Below, in pieces: positions 1 to 13,137 of a stretch of 64,000 nt of DNA (its first letter is position 1; the number at the start of each line of letters is the position of its first letter). Origin of the DNA: Podarcis erhardii. Lineage: Eukaryota. Under the pieces are notes generated by a model. The model did no database searches, was not told the origin of the DNA, and worked only from the letters and a program-made list of their open reading frames with translations. Both the position numbers and the translations under genes were made by a program. The stretch is taken from assembly GCA_964252035.1 (NCBI GenBank), contig OZ176210.1; one strand, given 5' to 3'.

Positions 1-380
1 AGACCTGGAAAGCCCAGACCTTTGCATAGAAATGTGGAGCAAAGGTGGATGAGCTCTCTATTGCTAGAGCTTTGTGGTGACATTGAAATCTACCTTGGCA
101 ACCCTACTCTGGGGGTGTAGCCTCGGGACTAGCAGTTCCATAGGGAAGTCCCTGAACTCTAGCAGAGAGAGAAGTGCAGTTTTAGTGGCTGGATCAGGTC
201 CTTCTACAGTACTGGTCATAAACATTGTACTTTCCACAAGTTTTGGACTCCAACTCCAGCTGAGTCATCATGACATCATCTTCAGGGATGATGGGAATTG
301 TAGTTCATAGGATCTGGCGAGTGCCACACTGAATGCCTCTCTTCTAGAGCATTAAAAATGGCCATGTGTGCTTTCTTCAG

Positions 381-424
381 TGTGCATATTGACCAAGGAC
401 CAGAACTGGATCAGGAGTTGGCAG
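381..424 (+). CDS. Candidate internal exon of an unidentified upstream gene
   Basis: tgtgctttcttcag|...GGCAG|gtatgc. Reads VHIDQGPELDQELA and is phase-compatible with an acceptor at 1579. No homology recognised. Confidence 0.25.
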
Positions 425-1579
425 GTATGCCTGCTGGTGTTAAATTGCCCACTTCTGTCTGCAGTTATCTTCCCTAGGATTGTTTTTGGTTTTTTTTAAA
501 TCCCTGCATATGGTGTGGGGAGGAATTGATCTTGGGGAAAATACTTCTAGCACAGAGTCCTCTTTCAGATATGTCAGGGGTTTTTTGCTTCTAGGCATGT
601 TCCATCTCACAAGTCGCTGCCTGCAAGTCTAAAGTGGAATAGTCAGACACAGAATACCCCCTCTACTGTTTGTAAGGACTACCATAAGTATAAGGCTAAA
701 ATCCTCTACACACAACTCAAAAAGTAAGTCCCATTGAACTTGCTGGGCTTTAAACTAAAAGAGCTTGCTTAATGATTCCACGGTCCATCTTAACAGATCT
801 TTCCGAGAGCTCTCCATGGAGACTGGTGTGAAAGGATATGCAAATTTGTGAAGCGTTCCTCTTTTGTGTTGGATTGTGACCTCCTGTTTCCACAGAATGC
901 CATAGGGAGGCCAATATGATGCCTGCTGTTAAATTTCTAGGATCACTGCTACGCTGAATTTTAAAATAAGGGCAGAGCATTTATCAGGTGTGGCTTGTCT
1001 GTTTTTTTAAAAAAATTGATTGGCTTCACTTAATTACAGCAAAGTCTTCTCTGATTACAGTAGAAAGAGTTCTATCGCTACCAATTAAATCAGTGGGACT
1101 GCGTAGTTGTGGTTGCGTCATGCACCCTGTTGCTCTTCTTTGGACACTGATCTTTACTAGACAGAGTAGGTGATGTCATTGTCATTTTTTTAATGGATTT
1201 TGTGCTCAGTGTACCTCCAGTTTTCAGGAGGTACCTGCCCATTTAATCTGTCTGTACCATGTAGTCTGTTTTCCGACTGATCATCTAGCATGCCTTAGTA
1301 TTTCATCATGATTTCATTGTATTGTTTGGTTTTGAAAGGCCGAGGCATTCTTGTATCAGCCTCTGAAGTACATTGGGACAGCAAGTGCCTCTTGAGATTT
1401 TTCCCCTGAGGGTAGCCTGCCTGTAGGACAAGAAGGAAAATGGATGCTGTGTTGTGCCTAGTAGATTTATTCTGGCATAAACCTGAAACTTCAAGAGGCT
1501 TTCTAGCTTTGAGGATGATGCTCTTTTTTTTGTCTTTCCATGTAATTTTTTTCTTGCTAAAATTTGTGTTTTGCTGCAG

Positions 1580-1680
1580 CTGGCAGCTCAGAAATTGAAA
1601 GTTTCTCTTCTGAAAACGCTTATCTTAATGTGTCCTCATTCTCTTCTTCTCCCCCCCCCCCCCGCCTTTCCCTGAGATGA
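1580..1680 (+). CDS. Candidate terminal coding exon of an unidentified upstream gene
   Basis: tgtgttttgctgcag|CT GGC...; (A)GSSEIESFSSENAYLNVSSFSSSPPPPRLSLR*. ATTAAA at 3131 and AATAAA at 3143 could end the transcript. Confidence 0.22.
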
Positions 1681-4189
1681 CTAGAGAAATTGGACTGCAT
1701 ACAGTTCTTTCTTGTTTGGCTCAGAAGTATTCTGCTGCTGCCTAAAAACGTGAGCTGCAAGTAGATGAAAATGCCTCTCTGAATTGTTTCAGGTCTGGCA
1801 GCAGGGAGGTTTTGTAAGAGCCTCACTTTCATAGGGTTGGATTTCCCCGTGTGGGCTCCTGACGCCTCTAGGTGAAGAAGTGGGGGAAACCAGTAAAAAA
1901 TAAGCTGCAGGACATGTCCACTCGCCTGAGGCTGCCATTGCTGCCGTAAGCCAGGCTCAAACTATGAGCAATGTAGTCTGACAACATAGCAATGCAGGTT
2001 GTGGACAGTGACTACCCCAGGCTGGGGTGGAGCTTTCCCGACTCTCATGAAGAAAAGGAAACGATGGCTGCTTAGGCTTTCAGATTCTACATCTGGGGGA
2101 GAGAAGGTCTTGCCAGGTTTGCTCGTAGATATATAGTGACCCTTGTAGTTGTGAGACAGTGACGCCTTGTGGCTGTTTTTAGTGCTAGATTTTGAGATGT
2201 ACAAAATCTTTGAACACCAAGTACTTCTGGAGCAGCAGAGCTTACAGTAAGTTAGCAAATGATGACTAATGGCCCTTCACAGTTGTTAATGATTTTTATG
2301 GTTATGTGAACAGAAGTGGACTTGTCTGCTCTCTCTTGTCCAAGCCTTTAGCATACTTGAAAGATGCATGTGAGCATTTTCTGGGCACTCGGTAGCTATG
2401 TCAACAGCTTGTGCATACTGTTTACCAACTTGTGGCAATCTCAAGTCATGTGCTACTTTTGCTTTGGCCCGATTATTCTATTTCCATTCCTTTTATTTAT
2501 TTTAAACATTTCCTTTCTTAACTATGTTCCCTGGTGTAACTGATGCTTGAAGTGGCTCTACAATGCATTCTAAGCATTTATGGGATAAGTAGAAAAGCAA
2601 AATGCTGCATTCAACGGTGGAGGGACGGGGCAGGACACTACAGCTTGGGAACAAACTTCTTTAGGCTTTCCCATGTATCTGATGGGCATATGAATTGGGT
2701 ATCATTAGAACAAGCCTGTAGAAGAAATTCCTGGCGGATGAGGGGCGGGGGGAGAGATGCAAGCTGGGAGTTGGAGACAAAAGAAATATTCACAGCCCAA
2801 AGCTCAACCTACCCCTGTTGTGTTGGCTGGAATTGATGGGTTGTAGTCCAAAGCATATATGGAACGCACCAGGCTGGGCAAGGATAAACCTTAGCCACTC
2901 GCTAAAAGTTCTTCCATAGTATCTTGGTGAGGATGTCGCTAGGGCACTGCTTCCTATCGCAGTGGATTCACTGCCTGAGCCACACTCAACCTTTTTAATA
3001 CAAGTTGCTGTGATTGGAAGACAAAGTGAATACAAGGGTGGTGGCCCATAGCCCCAAACCTTTTTGTGGAAAAGACGCGTGCCTGAACATGGTGTTTTAA
3101 AATTGCTGTAACATGCCCTGAGACCGTATGATTAAAGGCAATAATAAAATTTATCAATTAAATTATTAACAGGATTACTATGCTTACTGAATCATCAAAA
3201 GCCTCTAGGCTATTTACATGAAACAGTGCATTAAGCTTCTACAACGATGTTTGGTTCTTGCCAAAGATGGGAAGGGGAAGGTGTATAATTCTTTTACACA
3301 TACATATCCCTTTCCTTAAAACCCCAACCACAGAATATGTACTAGATGTGCTGATTGGCATAGTATAAGTAGATTAAGTCAATTGCTTAATGATTTCCTG
3401 GAAAGGAAATTTGCAAAATTCAGGCTGTTGCTCATATATCAGTTTTAATCTTCTAATTGCTCATGGTAATACATTTTTTAAAAGGTGTTCTAAAGTGACC
3501 CTTCTACAAGTAGGATCTTTCAGCAAAGCAGCAAGCTTACAAAACAAAGCTCTGCACATAGGTCACCTATTGAAATACATCCCTCTTTAGCCAACTATGT
3601 AGCTTGAAAGAAGCCCCATTGATTTCATAAAGTGACCTCTCAGGAATTATAATTTCAGCCACAGCTCAAGTAATAAACCTTTAGGTCTGCGAAACGGAAA
3701 TCAGATTTTAAAAAATATTTTAATATTTTTCATATAAATTTACAGGGAGAAACCTGTGCCCCTGCCTCCAGTTGTGGGACTTCCAACTCTCAACACCCAT
3801 GGTTCATGAATGATGGAAGCCGCAATAGTTCTGTTGCAACCCTCCCTAGGGCCTTTTGATGAAAGGCCAGTAAGACATATTCTAGATAAATAGTGGAGTC
3901 GCGGGTTCCCCATCCCTGCTCTGATGCCATGCTCCTACTTAATACTGAGGTCAAGAAACTTCAGCGGCAGGGGTGTGTTTGTGATACGTCTGAATATGGC
4001 AAACATAGTGGCAGGGGGTTGTGTGCGTGCTTGTTTGTTTGAATACACAGTACGAGTTCTAGCTCAGCTCATGGCAAAGTAACTGAAGGCGGCTGTCCTT
4101 CACAAGACACCATTTCTTTATGTACAGTACAGTACAGTACAGTACACGCGAAGGAGGCATTGCCTACATTTTGAGGTGCCGATCCGGGT

Positions 4190-4900
4190 TTGCCCTGCGT
4201 CACGTGTGAAAGGTCCCCGTGCGTGACCTCGGAGACAGGGACTTGCCCTCCCTCCTTCCCACGCGTTCCCTGTGTGCTGGTTTCGTATCGTCCTCGGCAG
4301 CAGCCACCGCTCGCCTACACATCCGTGCGCCGCTTCTCAGAAGCGAACGCGTAGTAGTAGTAGCCCCAGGAAAAGGCGGCGGCGGCGGCGGCTCGGGCTC
4401 CTCAGTTGCATTCGCGCGGCGGAGCGAGGGGGCGCGCGAGCGCAGAACGCCCTCGAGCCAGGGAGGGGCGTGGCTTGCTCTGCCGCGTCAGAATGAAGGG
4501 GGGGAGTGGGCGCGGCCGAGGGAGGGAGGGAGCGGGCGGGCGGCCGCGCGCCGCGTTTTCAAGGTGACAGCGGCGGGCTGGAGCCAGAGGGCCCGCGATG
4601 AGGAGCGCATGCGCGCTGGGCCGACCCGGTGCCGTCCGGAGCCGGTGATGGGGTTTCACTGCGTGTGAGTGAAGCGCGCCTGGGGGGGGGGGAGGGGCGG
4701 GGGGAACCGCGCCGGCCTTGACCTCGGTGAGGACGCGGAATCTTCCTCCCCGGTGTTTCCTGAGGGATGTGGCGGTGGTGGGGACTTTCATCTGGGTGGC
4801 TTATATATGAGGGAAGGACGTGGGGCCGCTCTGCCTGACAGGGAAACTGAGGCAAAGGCCTCAGTTGCGAATGGAAGCCATTATCTGGCTACTTGAGGCC
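4190..4900 (+). promoter_or_regulatory. HMGCS1: CpG island / HMGCS1 promoter and probable non-coding exon 1 (candidate donor GTGAGT at 4665)
   Basis: Dense CpG and high GC. Motifs: CACGTG E-box 4201-4206, GC box GGGGCGTGGC near 4467, NRF1-type GCGCATGCGC 4605-4614. It is the only CpG island upstream of the first coding exon, which has only 10 nt of leader. The TSS and exon end are inferred. Confidence 0.75.
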
Positions 4901-7347
4901 TAGGGGTGAGGTGGAGTGGGGGTCATAAGGAAAATGGGACCTGCCACCGCCCTTTCAGTTATATATATATATATGTGGGTGGGTGGGTGGGTGCTCTGAG
5001 TGCCTGACAGGGAAACTGAGGCAAAGGGTCCCTTACCACGGAAGTGGAGGTACAGAGCTCTCTTGAGATAATTAGAGGTGGGGAGAGGCTTATTTTCTTC
5101 CCAATTCCCCTTTCTCTTCTACTGTACTTTTCCTCACAAGAGCCAAGGGAGCTGCCTTGTCGAGTTGGGCCATTGATCCGTCCAGCTCAGTGTTTTCTTG
5201 CACCGACTGGCAACAGCGCTCTAAGGGTTCAGCTGGGTGCAGAGGGTTGGACTCGATGATCCTTGCGGTCCTTTCCAACTCTGCACTGGGGACCTTAAGC
5301 ATGCTGCCAAGCTATTTGCTCCCCATCCCCCCCCCCCACAAAAAAAGCCTCACGGCGTGCTTGTGTGTGTGTGTATGTGTTTACTTGGAAGCAATCCCCA
5401 CTGTGTTCATGTTTTCTTTGTGCCTGTTACCTGCCCTTCTCTGGTTTTACAAGCCAACTGACTCGTAGGACATTTGACTGAAAGAGGTTTCCTTAGCAGT
5501 GGAAGAAGGGTTCACTGGTTGTATTTCTGTCATGTATGCACAGGTATCCTTCCAGTAACATAGATAGCCACATTTTTCTTTTTTAAAACATAACATGCGT
5601 GGCAAATGACTGCCACACTTCTGTCAGAATTGTGGAGTTGCCAGGGCTTGTTATATCTGGATATGAAACTTGATGATCCAGGCAGGCTTCTGGTATTTAG
5701 GGCCATGATTGTTGTGCAGAACATTAGTCCAGTTGTGGATAGTTGAATGATCTGCTGCTTGTGTGGGCTTTACATTTTATTTTTATATTTGTTTCGTAAC
5801 AAAATATTATCTGAAGTGACTTAGGATAGTAGAGATAATTGATATAAACAGTTGTTTTCCAATTAGATTTTCGGTTTATGAAGGGATTTGTTTCATCTTT
5901 TGCCAACATAGCTCCAGTGCAGTCGTTTGCCCCCTAAGAGACCCAAACCATTGATAAAGGGATTCTTGTGTATACATATTGAAGCAGGCAGTGAGTGCGA
6001 CTCACTGTTTTTTCCTGAAGGACACACCAGTGAAGCAGATTTGCTGTGACACTACCAGGCTGAAACTCAGACACACTTTTTCAGTGACCATATAGCACTG
6101 AGGATCATGTAGTGTTAACTTCGGCAGTGTGATATTTGGCAGTTGCCCATTGTCAATCCTTTTTCCTGGAGAGGCTGTCAAACTGTTGTTTTGGGTCCTT
6201 AGTCAGCAAAGCATTGTATAAACTTTCTAAGAGTGAGTAGATAAATTGTTTTGTCTGATAGTTGCTATTTTCTCTGGGTTGGAGGTAAGCAGCACAAAAA
6301 GAATGGAGAGCTGGTAAGATTAAGGCCATGTCAAACCAAGACAAGCACAAATCAGGTAAATTTAAGTAGGCATCATTCTGCCTTTTGCCCAATGGAGACT
6401 CGCTTGGGAGGAGCATACACCTCCCTAGCAAGGGCTGTATTTAAAAGCCATCACCAATCTTCTCAGAGTTTGGTGCCAATGGAGGGCTGTAGCAAAGGGC
6501 TGTCTTGGAGTACTGGTGGTTGTAGGTGAGCAACTGATTGGATGGCTGAGATGGTTTCTGTGTTGTGTTTTTGTTCTGCAGGATGTTGGGCATTCTCAAA
6601 TTACTAGTTTTTAGTTAAAGAATGCATGAGTCAGGAAGGGTTTCAATCTTCTTTTCAGATGGAGAAAGAAACCAGGTTTTGCTGCATTATTGGTCATTTT
6701 TATTACTGGTGGGGTGATTTGATGACATTAATTTCAACCATTCTACAATGGTACATTTTCATAATGGATATGAGGAATGGTTTGGCAAACTACTGGCCAA
6801 GAAGAAGCTGATACTGCAGGCAAATGACTGCTGTCTTTAAGGATGTTCAGAGTCATGATTCCATATTACTTGGTTTTCTTCTTAAGTTGTCATTGATTAT
6901 GAAGGTTGTTTTTTCAACAACTCCGTTTTCCACAACTGGGGCTTGACTTAACTCAGCTGGTTAGAGTGTGGTGCTGACGTGTAGGTAGCAGGCCCTGCCC
7001 TGCTCTTGTTTCCCAGCAATTAATTTTCAGAGAGATACTGCCTTTGAATCTGGAGGTTCTACTTAGCTTTGTCAGTTTATCTGTTAAACTCATTTTCTAA
7101 AAACTATTGAACACAAAAATTCAAACAGCTAGGCTGAGCTTCATTGTAGCATAAGTGGTCCCCGGCACACTGGACCCTGTGCAATGAAATTTTGTATAAA
7201 CTATTGGGCTGTGAAAGCAAACAGAAACCTTTATGTGGTATGTTTATCCCCATGATCCATCAGCAAGTAACAAGCTGTTTGGGCCAATAATCATTGATTA
7301 GACTGACCTCTATAAAATTTGTGTAATATCTGAATTTAAAATCAAAA

Positions 7348-7481
7348 CCATAGAATTGTAGAATTGGAAGCGATCCTGGGAATCATCTAGTCCAGCACCT
7401 TGCAATGCAGGGATATGGAGGTGGCCTGTATGGGGATCAAACCCACAACCTTGGCATTATCAGCACCATGCTCTAACCATG
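7348..7481 (-). mobile_element. tRNA-Ile-like SINE with a CR1-type tail
   Basis: Minus strand reads ggttagagcatggtgctgataatgccaaggttgtgggtttgatcccc, followed by a decayed CR1-like tail. Confidence 0.6.
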
Positions 7482-9172
7482 ATTCTTTTTTAGAAAACTC
7501 ATGGCCACATCTTGTTGCAGCAAATTCTGTAAGTTATGTACTGCGTGGATCAGTTCTTCCTTCTGCCAGTCTTGAATTAACAGTAGGAATTAACAGTTAT
7601 TAAGTTCCAAATAGTATTAAAAAGTTATTATGACAAAGATGTTATTACCCCAATATTCAATATTTTAAAAGACATACTTAAAAATCTGAAAACTAGTCAA
7701 AACAATAATATAAGACTATTTAATCTGCAAGAATTAATTCAATAACACAGATTTTTCCTTCTGGCCTTCCTATTCCCAAGTCTCCATACTTCATTTGCAC
7801 AGTGGTGAGAGCTGTGTGTGGTGGTCCCATACAACTAAGGAGCACATTTGAATGTTCCAAGCACGCGCTACAAATTTCTGCGCCATTGTATGCATGTTGG
7901 ATGAGGCAGATGGGCACTGGGACAGAGTTAGTGTTCCTCTTGTGGGTTCCAGTCTGCAGAACGATCAATGTCCACAGAAGGGGAGCCCCAGAAGTCATGC
8001 AGGGTAAAGAGTTCTACCCATCACTTTCAGCTGCCTACCTGCCTCTTCACTTTATCTTTATTAGGATTTCTATTGCCCTAAGGCAATATGATCTACCCAC
8101 TTGAAATAAAGTTCTCTTCATTCCAATACCGCATTGGATGATACGCCTTTTGTCTCCTATCCATTTGGCAGTTCTTTGAAGTTTGCATTTCATACAGGAT
8201 GTTGCATGTTTGTAGATAAAGATCATGTCTGGATTTGCCATTCAAAATAATTACGCAAGACTACTGGTACATGTTGCTTTACTCCTTAAGAATCACTTTG
8301 GTGTCCAGTAAAAAGAGCTGCACATGCTGAATGTCCCCAATTCACCCACAGTCTGTTAATGAATGACTTTCTTCAGTGGTTGGACGGGGGGTGGGGGGGG
8401 GATAGGGAAACCCTGTATGAGACTTTGGAAAGCCTCTGTCAGTTGGAGTGGTCCAGGGATAGGGAAGCTCTGGTTCACTAACTGAAGTTGGATTACAACT
8501 CCCATGGATGGTCATGGGTTCCCTATCCCTGGAGTATACTTTTCTAGGTAAATGGAACAGTGGTCTCACTCAGTTTAGGGCAACTTCATATGGAATATTC
8601 TTGGCATTTTTCTGACGTAAGAGATCTTCTCAATCTGAATAGTACAGTTGCAAGTACAGACTTGTAGTGTGAGCTAATAATGGCCTATATATCAGCTGGA
8701 CAGCAGAGGTTGGGATAAAATAGCTCTGCTCCAGTTCTACATATGTGGCAATTTGTTAAAATGTGCTTGGGATAGCAGCTGTAGCCCTGGTCTCTTTAAA
8801 ATTAGTGTGGGCAGAATTACAGCTGTGCAGACTATAGTGTAACTGTCAGATTCCTCTCCAAGTAGCTTTTCTTACTTTGAACACTCTGCCAGGTGTCTTT
8901 CCTGCTTTGAGGGGTTGGACTAGATGACCTTTGGATTCACTTCTAATTCTGTTATTCTATGTACCTGCTTTTATGATCATTGCCCTATTAGTTGTTGGAC
9001 TGCTTGTGAGTCAAAATATTTTATCAAAACTTTTAATCTCCAGCCCTTGTGCTTTCAGTAAGCCTCAATGAATGCATTGGTACTTGAATCTAAGTAAGTG
9101 TGCACAGGATCAAGCTTTGCTCACTCTATTCAAATAAGCACTATTAACTTCTCTTCTTTCAGCTGCACCACC

Positions 9173-9620
9173 ATGCCTGGATCTCTTCCTGTGAATGCTG
9201 AAGCCTGCTGGCCAAAAGATGTGGGAATAGTTGCTTTGGAGATCTACTTCCCTTCCCAATATGTTGACCAGGCAGAGTTAGAGAAGTTTGATGGCGTGGA
9301 TGCAGGGAAATACACCATTGGTTTGGGTCAGTCCAAGATGGGCTTCTGCTCGGATAGGGAGGATATCAATTCACTTTGCCTCACTGCAGTCCAGAAGCTT
9401 ATGGAAAGGAACAGTCTCTCCTACAACTGCATTGGGAGACTTGAAGTTGGAACGGAGACGATCATCGACAAGTCCAAATCGGTAAAGACTGTCCTGATGC
9501 AGCTTTTTGAAGAATCTGGCAACACAGACGTGGAAGGCATTGACACAACCAATGCATGCTATGGTGGCACTGCTGCACTCTTCAATGCTATCAACTGGGT
9601 TGAATCCAGTTCCTGGGATG
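9173..9620 (+). CDS. HMGCS1: HMG-CoA synthase 1 (cytosolic), coding exon 1 (exon starts at 9163)
   Basis: Acceptor ttcttctttcag at 9162, Kozak [37 protein letters not shown]...[15 protein letters not shown] (catalytic Glu)...[12 protein letters not shown] (catalytic Cys)...SSWD. Donor G|gtaagt. 448 nt. Confidence 0.99.
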
Positions 9621-10531
9621 GTAAGTTTGACATCTCCAGCAAGCAGTATTTTTTAGAATTTGCCAAAAAAAAGAAAAGGAAAGAAAGACAAGGCATACAG
9701 AGATATGGAATTTAAATGTTATTAAATGTAATCCTGTAAATAATAGTCACTTCAGGACTATGAAGTCCTGGCTGTCATGTTCTTGTGATTTCAGGAGGGC
9801 TTGATAAAAGCTAATTCCTAGTCCACTATGCTCATTCATGCTTAGTGGATATTACAAGAGGAAACTATATTAGTGTTCAGAAGTAAAAAAAAAAAAAAAA
9901 AAAAAAAAAAGGCAGAGGGCAGTGATCCTTTGCAAATACCAAGCAGGGCAGTAAGATTTAGCAGGAATACAATTGGCCTGTGAAAATGAGCCCATATCCC
10001 ACTAAACCTGTTCTTGTACTGAGCCAGCACTTCACTCATCTGTACTGATCATACTATTGGATGCAATGCAAACTAGCTGGTGGAAACAGGTTGGATAACA
10101 TACTTTGAATCAGTGACTGTAGCATTCAATGCTTATGCTTATTTGAAACTCCCCCCCCCCTTTCCAAACTTTCTGGTGACTCCTAAGCTGCCCATCTGCA
10201 ATTGCCCTCAATTTTGTTCCTTGCTCAAAAATGATCTGCTTAACAGGATGTTTGTATGACAAATAGAATTGTGTGAGAAGAACTTTGTACACATTAAGTA
10301 TTGTGCATGTTAATTGGTGGCTGTGGGAGTTTAAGATTGACTTCTTGTAATCTTTTCCCCAGTGACCACGCAGTCCAATTCTCTGCATATTTACTTTGAA
10401 TTCTGTAGGGCTTACTGTTAAGGGATTTGCTTCCATGTGTATATAGCATTGTAGTCAATGTAGTCAGCAGTTGCCTCAGCTAAAAATGACTTTTCTGCAG
10501 CTTTTTTACAGCATTTGTTTGTGTTTTTCAG

Positions 10532-10657
10532 GGCGTTATGCACTTGTTGTTGCTGGAGACATAGCAGTGTATGCCACTGGAAATGCTAGGCCAACTGGAG
10601 GAGCCGGTGCTGTTGCTATGCTTGTGGGACCAAATGCACCTCTTATTTTTGAGAGAG
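10532..10657 (+). CDS. HMGCS1: HMGCS1 coding exon 2
   Basis: ttttcag|GGCGT...GAGAGAG|gttagt. [42 protein letters not shown]. 126 nt, phase 1/1. Confidence 0.99.
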
Positions 10658-11339
10658 GTTAGTTTTCTCTGGCAGGCTAAATATTATTCATAGAGAAGAT
10701 TCCAGCAGTATTTTAGTTCAAATGAACAGCTTGTGCAAGCATTCTTCACTTGTGAAATGCCACAAGAGCAAGCTAGTGCTAGATTGCCTTTTCCTAGATT
10801 GCAAACTATGCTGGTTTGCCCTTATGAGGGAAATTAAGCAATTTTCCAGTTCACAGAATGAAAGCCATAAACCTGCATGTGTTCACTCCTCTGCAGCTCA
10901 TATGAGTAGACTGCTTATGTGAGCAGTAATCTCTGCAAGTGAGCTGCCTGGAACATCAGCCTGTTAAAATATTAACAAATAGCTATCTGTACTGCTTGGC
11001 ATTTAGTATTCTAGTATTCTTTTTCCTGATCACATTGGGAAGTGGTGTAACTTTTCTGTTCACCACCACCTCCCACATCCACCAGATTAATCTTTGGTTG
11101 TACAATGTATCTTATTTTTATTATTATTATGATTTATTGAATTTATATACTGCCCTATGCCCGGAGGTCTCAGGGTGGTTCACAGAATAAAATAATAATA
11201 ATAAAAACCCAATATACCCCCCCAAAAGCCCCACATTTTAAAAGGGCATAGGATGTCAGTCATGTTTTGAGGTAAGAAGACTACCTTATTAATGGACTTC
11301 ACTGCGGCATTTCTTTCAAGTCTGGCTTCTTTTCCCTAG

Positions 11340-11504
11340 GATTGCGAGGGACCCACATGCAGCATGCCTATGATTTCTATAAGCCTGATATGGTATCTGA
11401 GTATCCTGTGGTTGATGGGAAACTGTCCATACAATGCTACCTCAGTGCATTAGATCGCTGCTACACTGTCTATCGCAAGAAAATCCATGCTCAGTGGCAG
11501 AAAG
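11340..11504 (+). CDS. HMGCS1: HMGCS1 coding exon 3
   Basis: ttccctag|GATTG...AAAG|gtatgt. [55 protein letters not shown]. 165 nt. Confidence 0.99.
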
Positions 11505-12968
11505 GTATGTCTTGCTAGAAAGTACCATTGCAGAATCAAGGTGTTTCTTTTTTCCCCATCTTCTCGGATCCTGTCCTCTTCCACAGAATTTGGAAAACTG
11601 TCACAGACTTAAAACCATTCTGCCAGTTATGGCAAACGACTGCACAGAATTCTGCTGCTGGTTCAGGAGTGCAGAGTATCTTGTGTTTGAATGCCTACCA
11701 CAAGCACACTTTAGACTGTTGTTCACACAGCTGCCCCTGCAGCGTGGGGTTACTGCTGAACATGCCCTATATTAGATTTCATTTTGAAAAGTATTTTTAC
11801 CCTGTTCTTCAGCTGCAAAAGGCTTCCGGGGTGGCCTGTGGTGATCAGTAATAAGAAGGTCCCTGCTTTAGGCTTACAATCTAAAATAGAGAAGACAAAA
11901 AGAAAAGAGATTGGCTTTAAGGAGGAGGAAAAAAGGAAACCTAGGCAGGCATTCATTGCTATAATATTTCTAGCAGGGAAGCTCCTTGTTTGGTTGAGCC
12001 ACAGTGGTCTCTTGCTCTTTGTCATGATATTCTTAAGGTAGTCAAGCAGCCTTTTCTGGCTGGGGTGGATTTTTAAACGAATTGACAATGAGTGGTGAGA
12101 ATGGGATAGATGAGTAGTGCAGTAGTGGAGCAATAGATAAGAAACAGCTAGGTTGATTAGGAGGAAATCTTTTTGTTTCAAGAGGGGTGTGTGGGCAGGA
12201 AGATCTAGGCTCGGGCTATCCATGGTTACTAGCCACACTGACTTCCGTTCTGCCTTTACTGTTGGAGGCACCATGCTGCTTAGTGGTAGTTGCTGGGACT
12301 CACAAATGGGGACAGTACTTGGGTTGTGCTTGCAAGCTTCCCACAGGCATCTAGTGGGCCTCTGTGAGAGCACAGGATGCTAGGCTTGGTGGGTTGTAGT
12401 CTGATACACCAGGGCTCTTCTGAGGCCAGGTTGACAGACACAAGAGTTGGTTGCAAGCATATCCAACAGCATGGGAGTAGGAGGTAGACAAGGATGCCAT
12501 AAGCAAATGAGTTGTGTCACACAGTAGAAATGCAAAGGTGATTAAGATGTGAGAAGTTGTTGGAGCAGAGGATTAAAATGTACTTAATCTCCAATACCAG
12601 AATGGGAAACCTGTGACCTTTCAGTAGTTGTTCAACTGCAACTCACATCAGCCCCACCCAGCATAGCCACTGGTCAGGAATTATGGAATGTGTAGTCCAA
12701 GTTTTGGAGAGCCATAAATTCCCCATCCCTGCTCTAAGCAAAGATCTGAGCCGATCCCAATTTTAGTTGGGATTTAAATAAAAGGTAGTATAAAACGAAT
12801 TTCATATTGCAGAAGTAAGAATACACAAATGTTAAAACTTGTAGCCTGATCTTTTGCTTGTTTACTTGGAAATAAGCTTTGCTGCGTTCAGTAGTTCTTT
12901 CTCCCAAGTAAGTGTACATAGGACTTAGGCAGAATAGCATCCATGTCCTGTTTCTTTTTTTATTTCAG

Positions 12969-13137
12969 AGGGAGTTGACAAAGACTTCACCCTGAATGAC
13001 TTCGGTTTCATGATCTTTCACTCTCCATACTGCAAACTTGTACAGAAATCTGTAGCTCGTCTGTTGCTGAATGACTTTCTGAATGATCAGACACCCACAA
13101 AAGAAAATGGCATCTATAGTGGCCTGGAAGCTTTTAG
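12969..13137 (+). CDS. HMGCS1: HMGCS1 coding exon 4
   Basis: tatttcag|AGGGA...TTTAG|gtaaat. EGVDKDFTLNDFGFMIFHSPYCKLVQKSVARL... (catalytic His in FHSPY). 169 nt. Confidence 0.99.

Noticed and set aside
1-4100. CCL28 exons expected from synteny
   Set aside because: No CC-chemokine sequence was recognised in this interval.
4219-4896. Overlapping 70-150 aa ORFs on both strands
   Set aside because: They are a by-product of the GC-rich CpG island (few stops), are low-complexity R/G/A/P, and show no recognisable domain.
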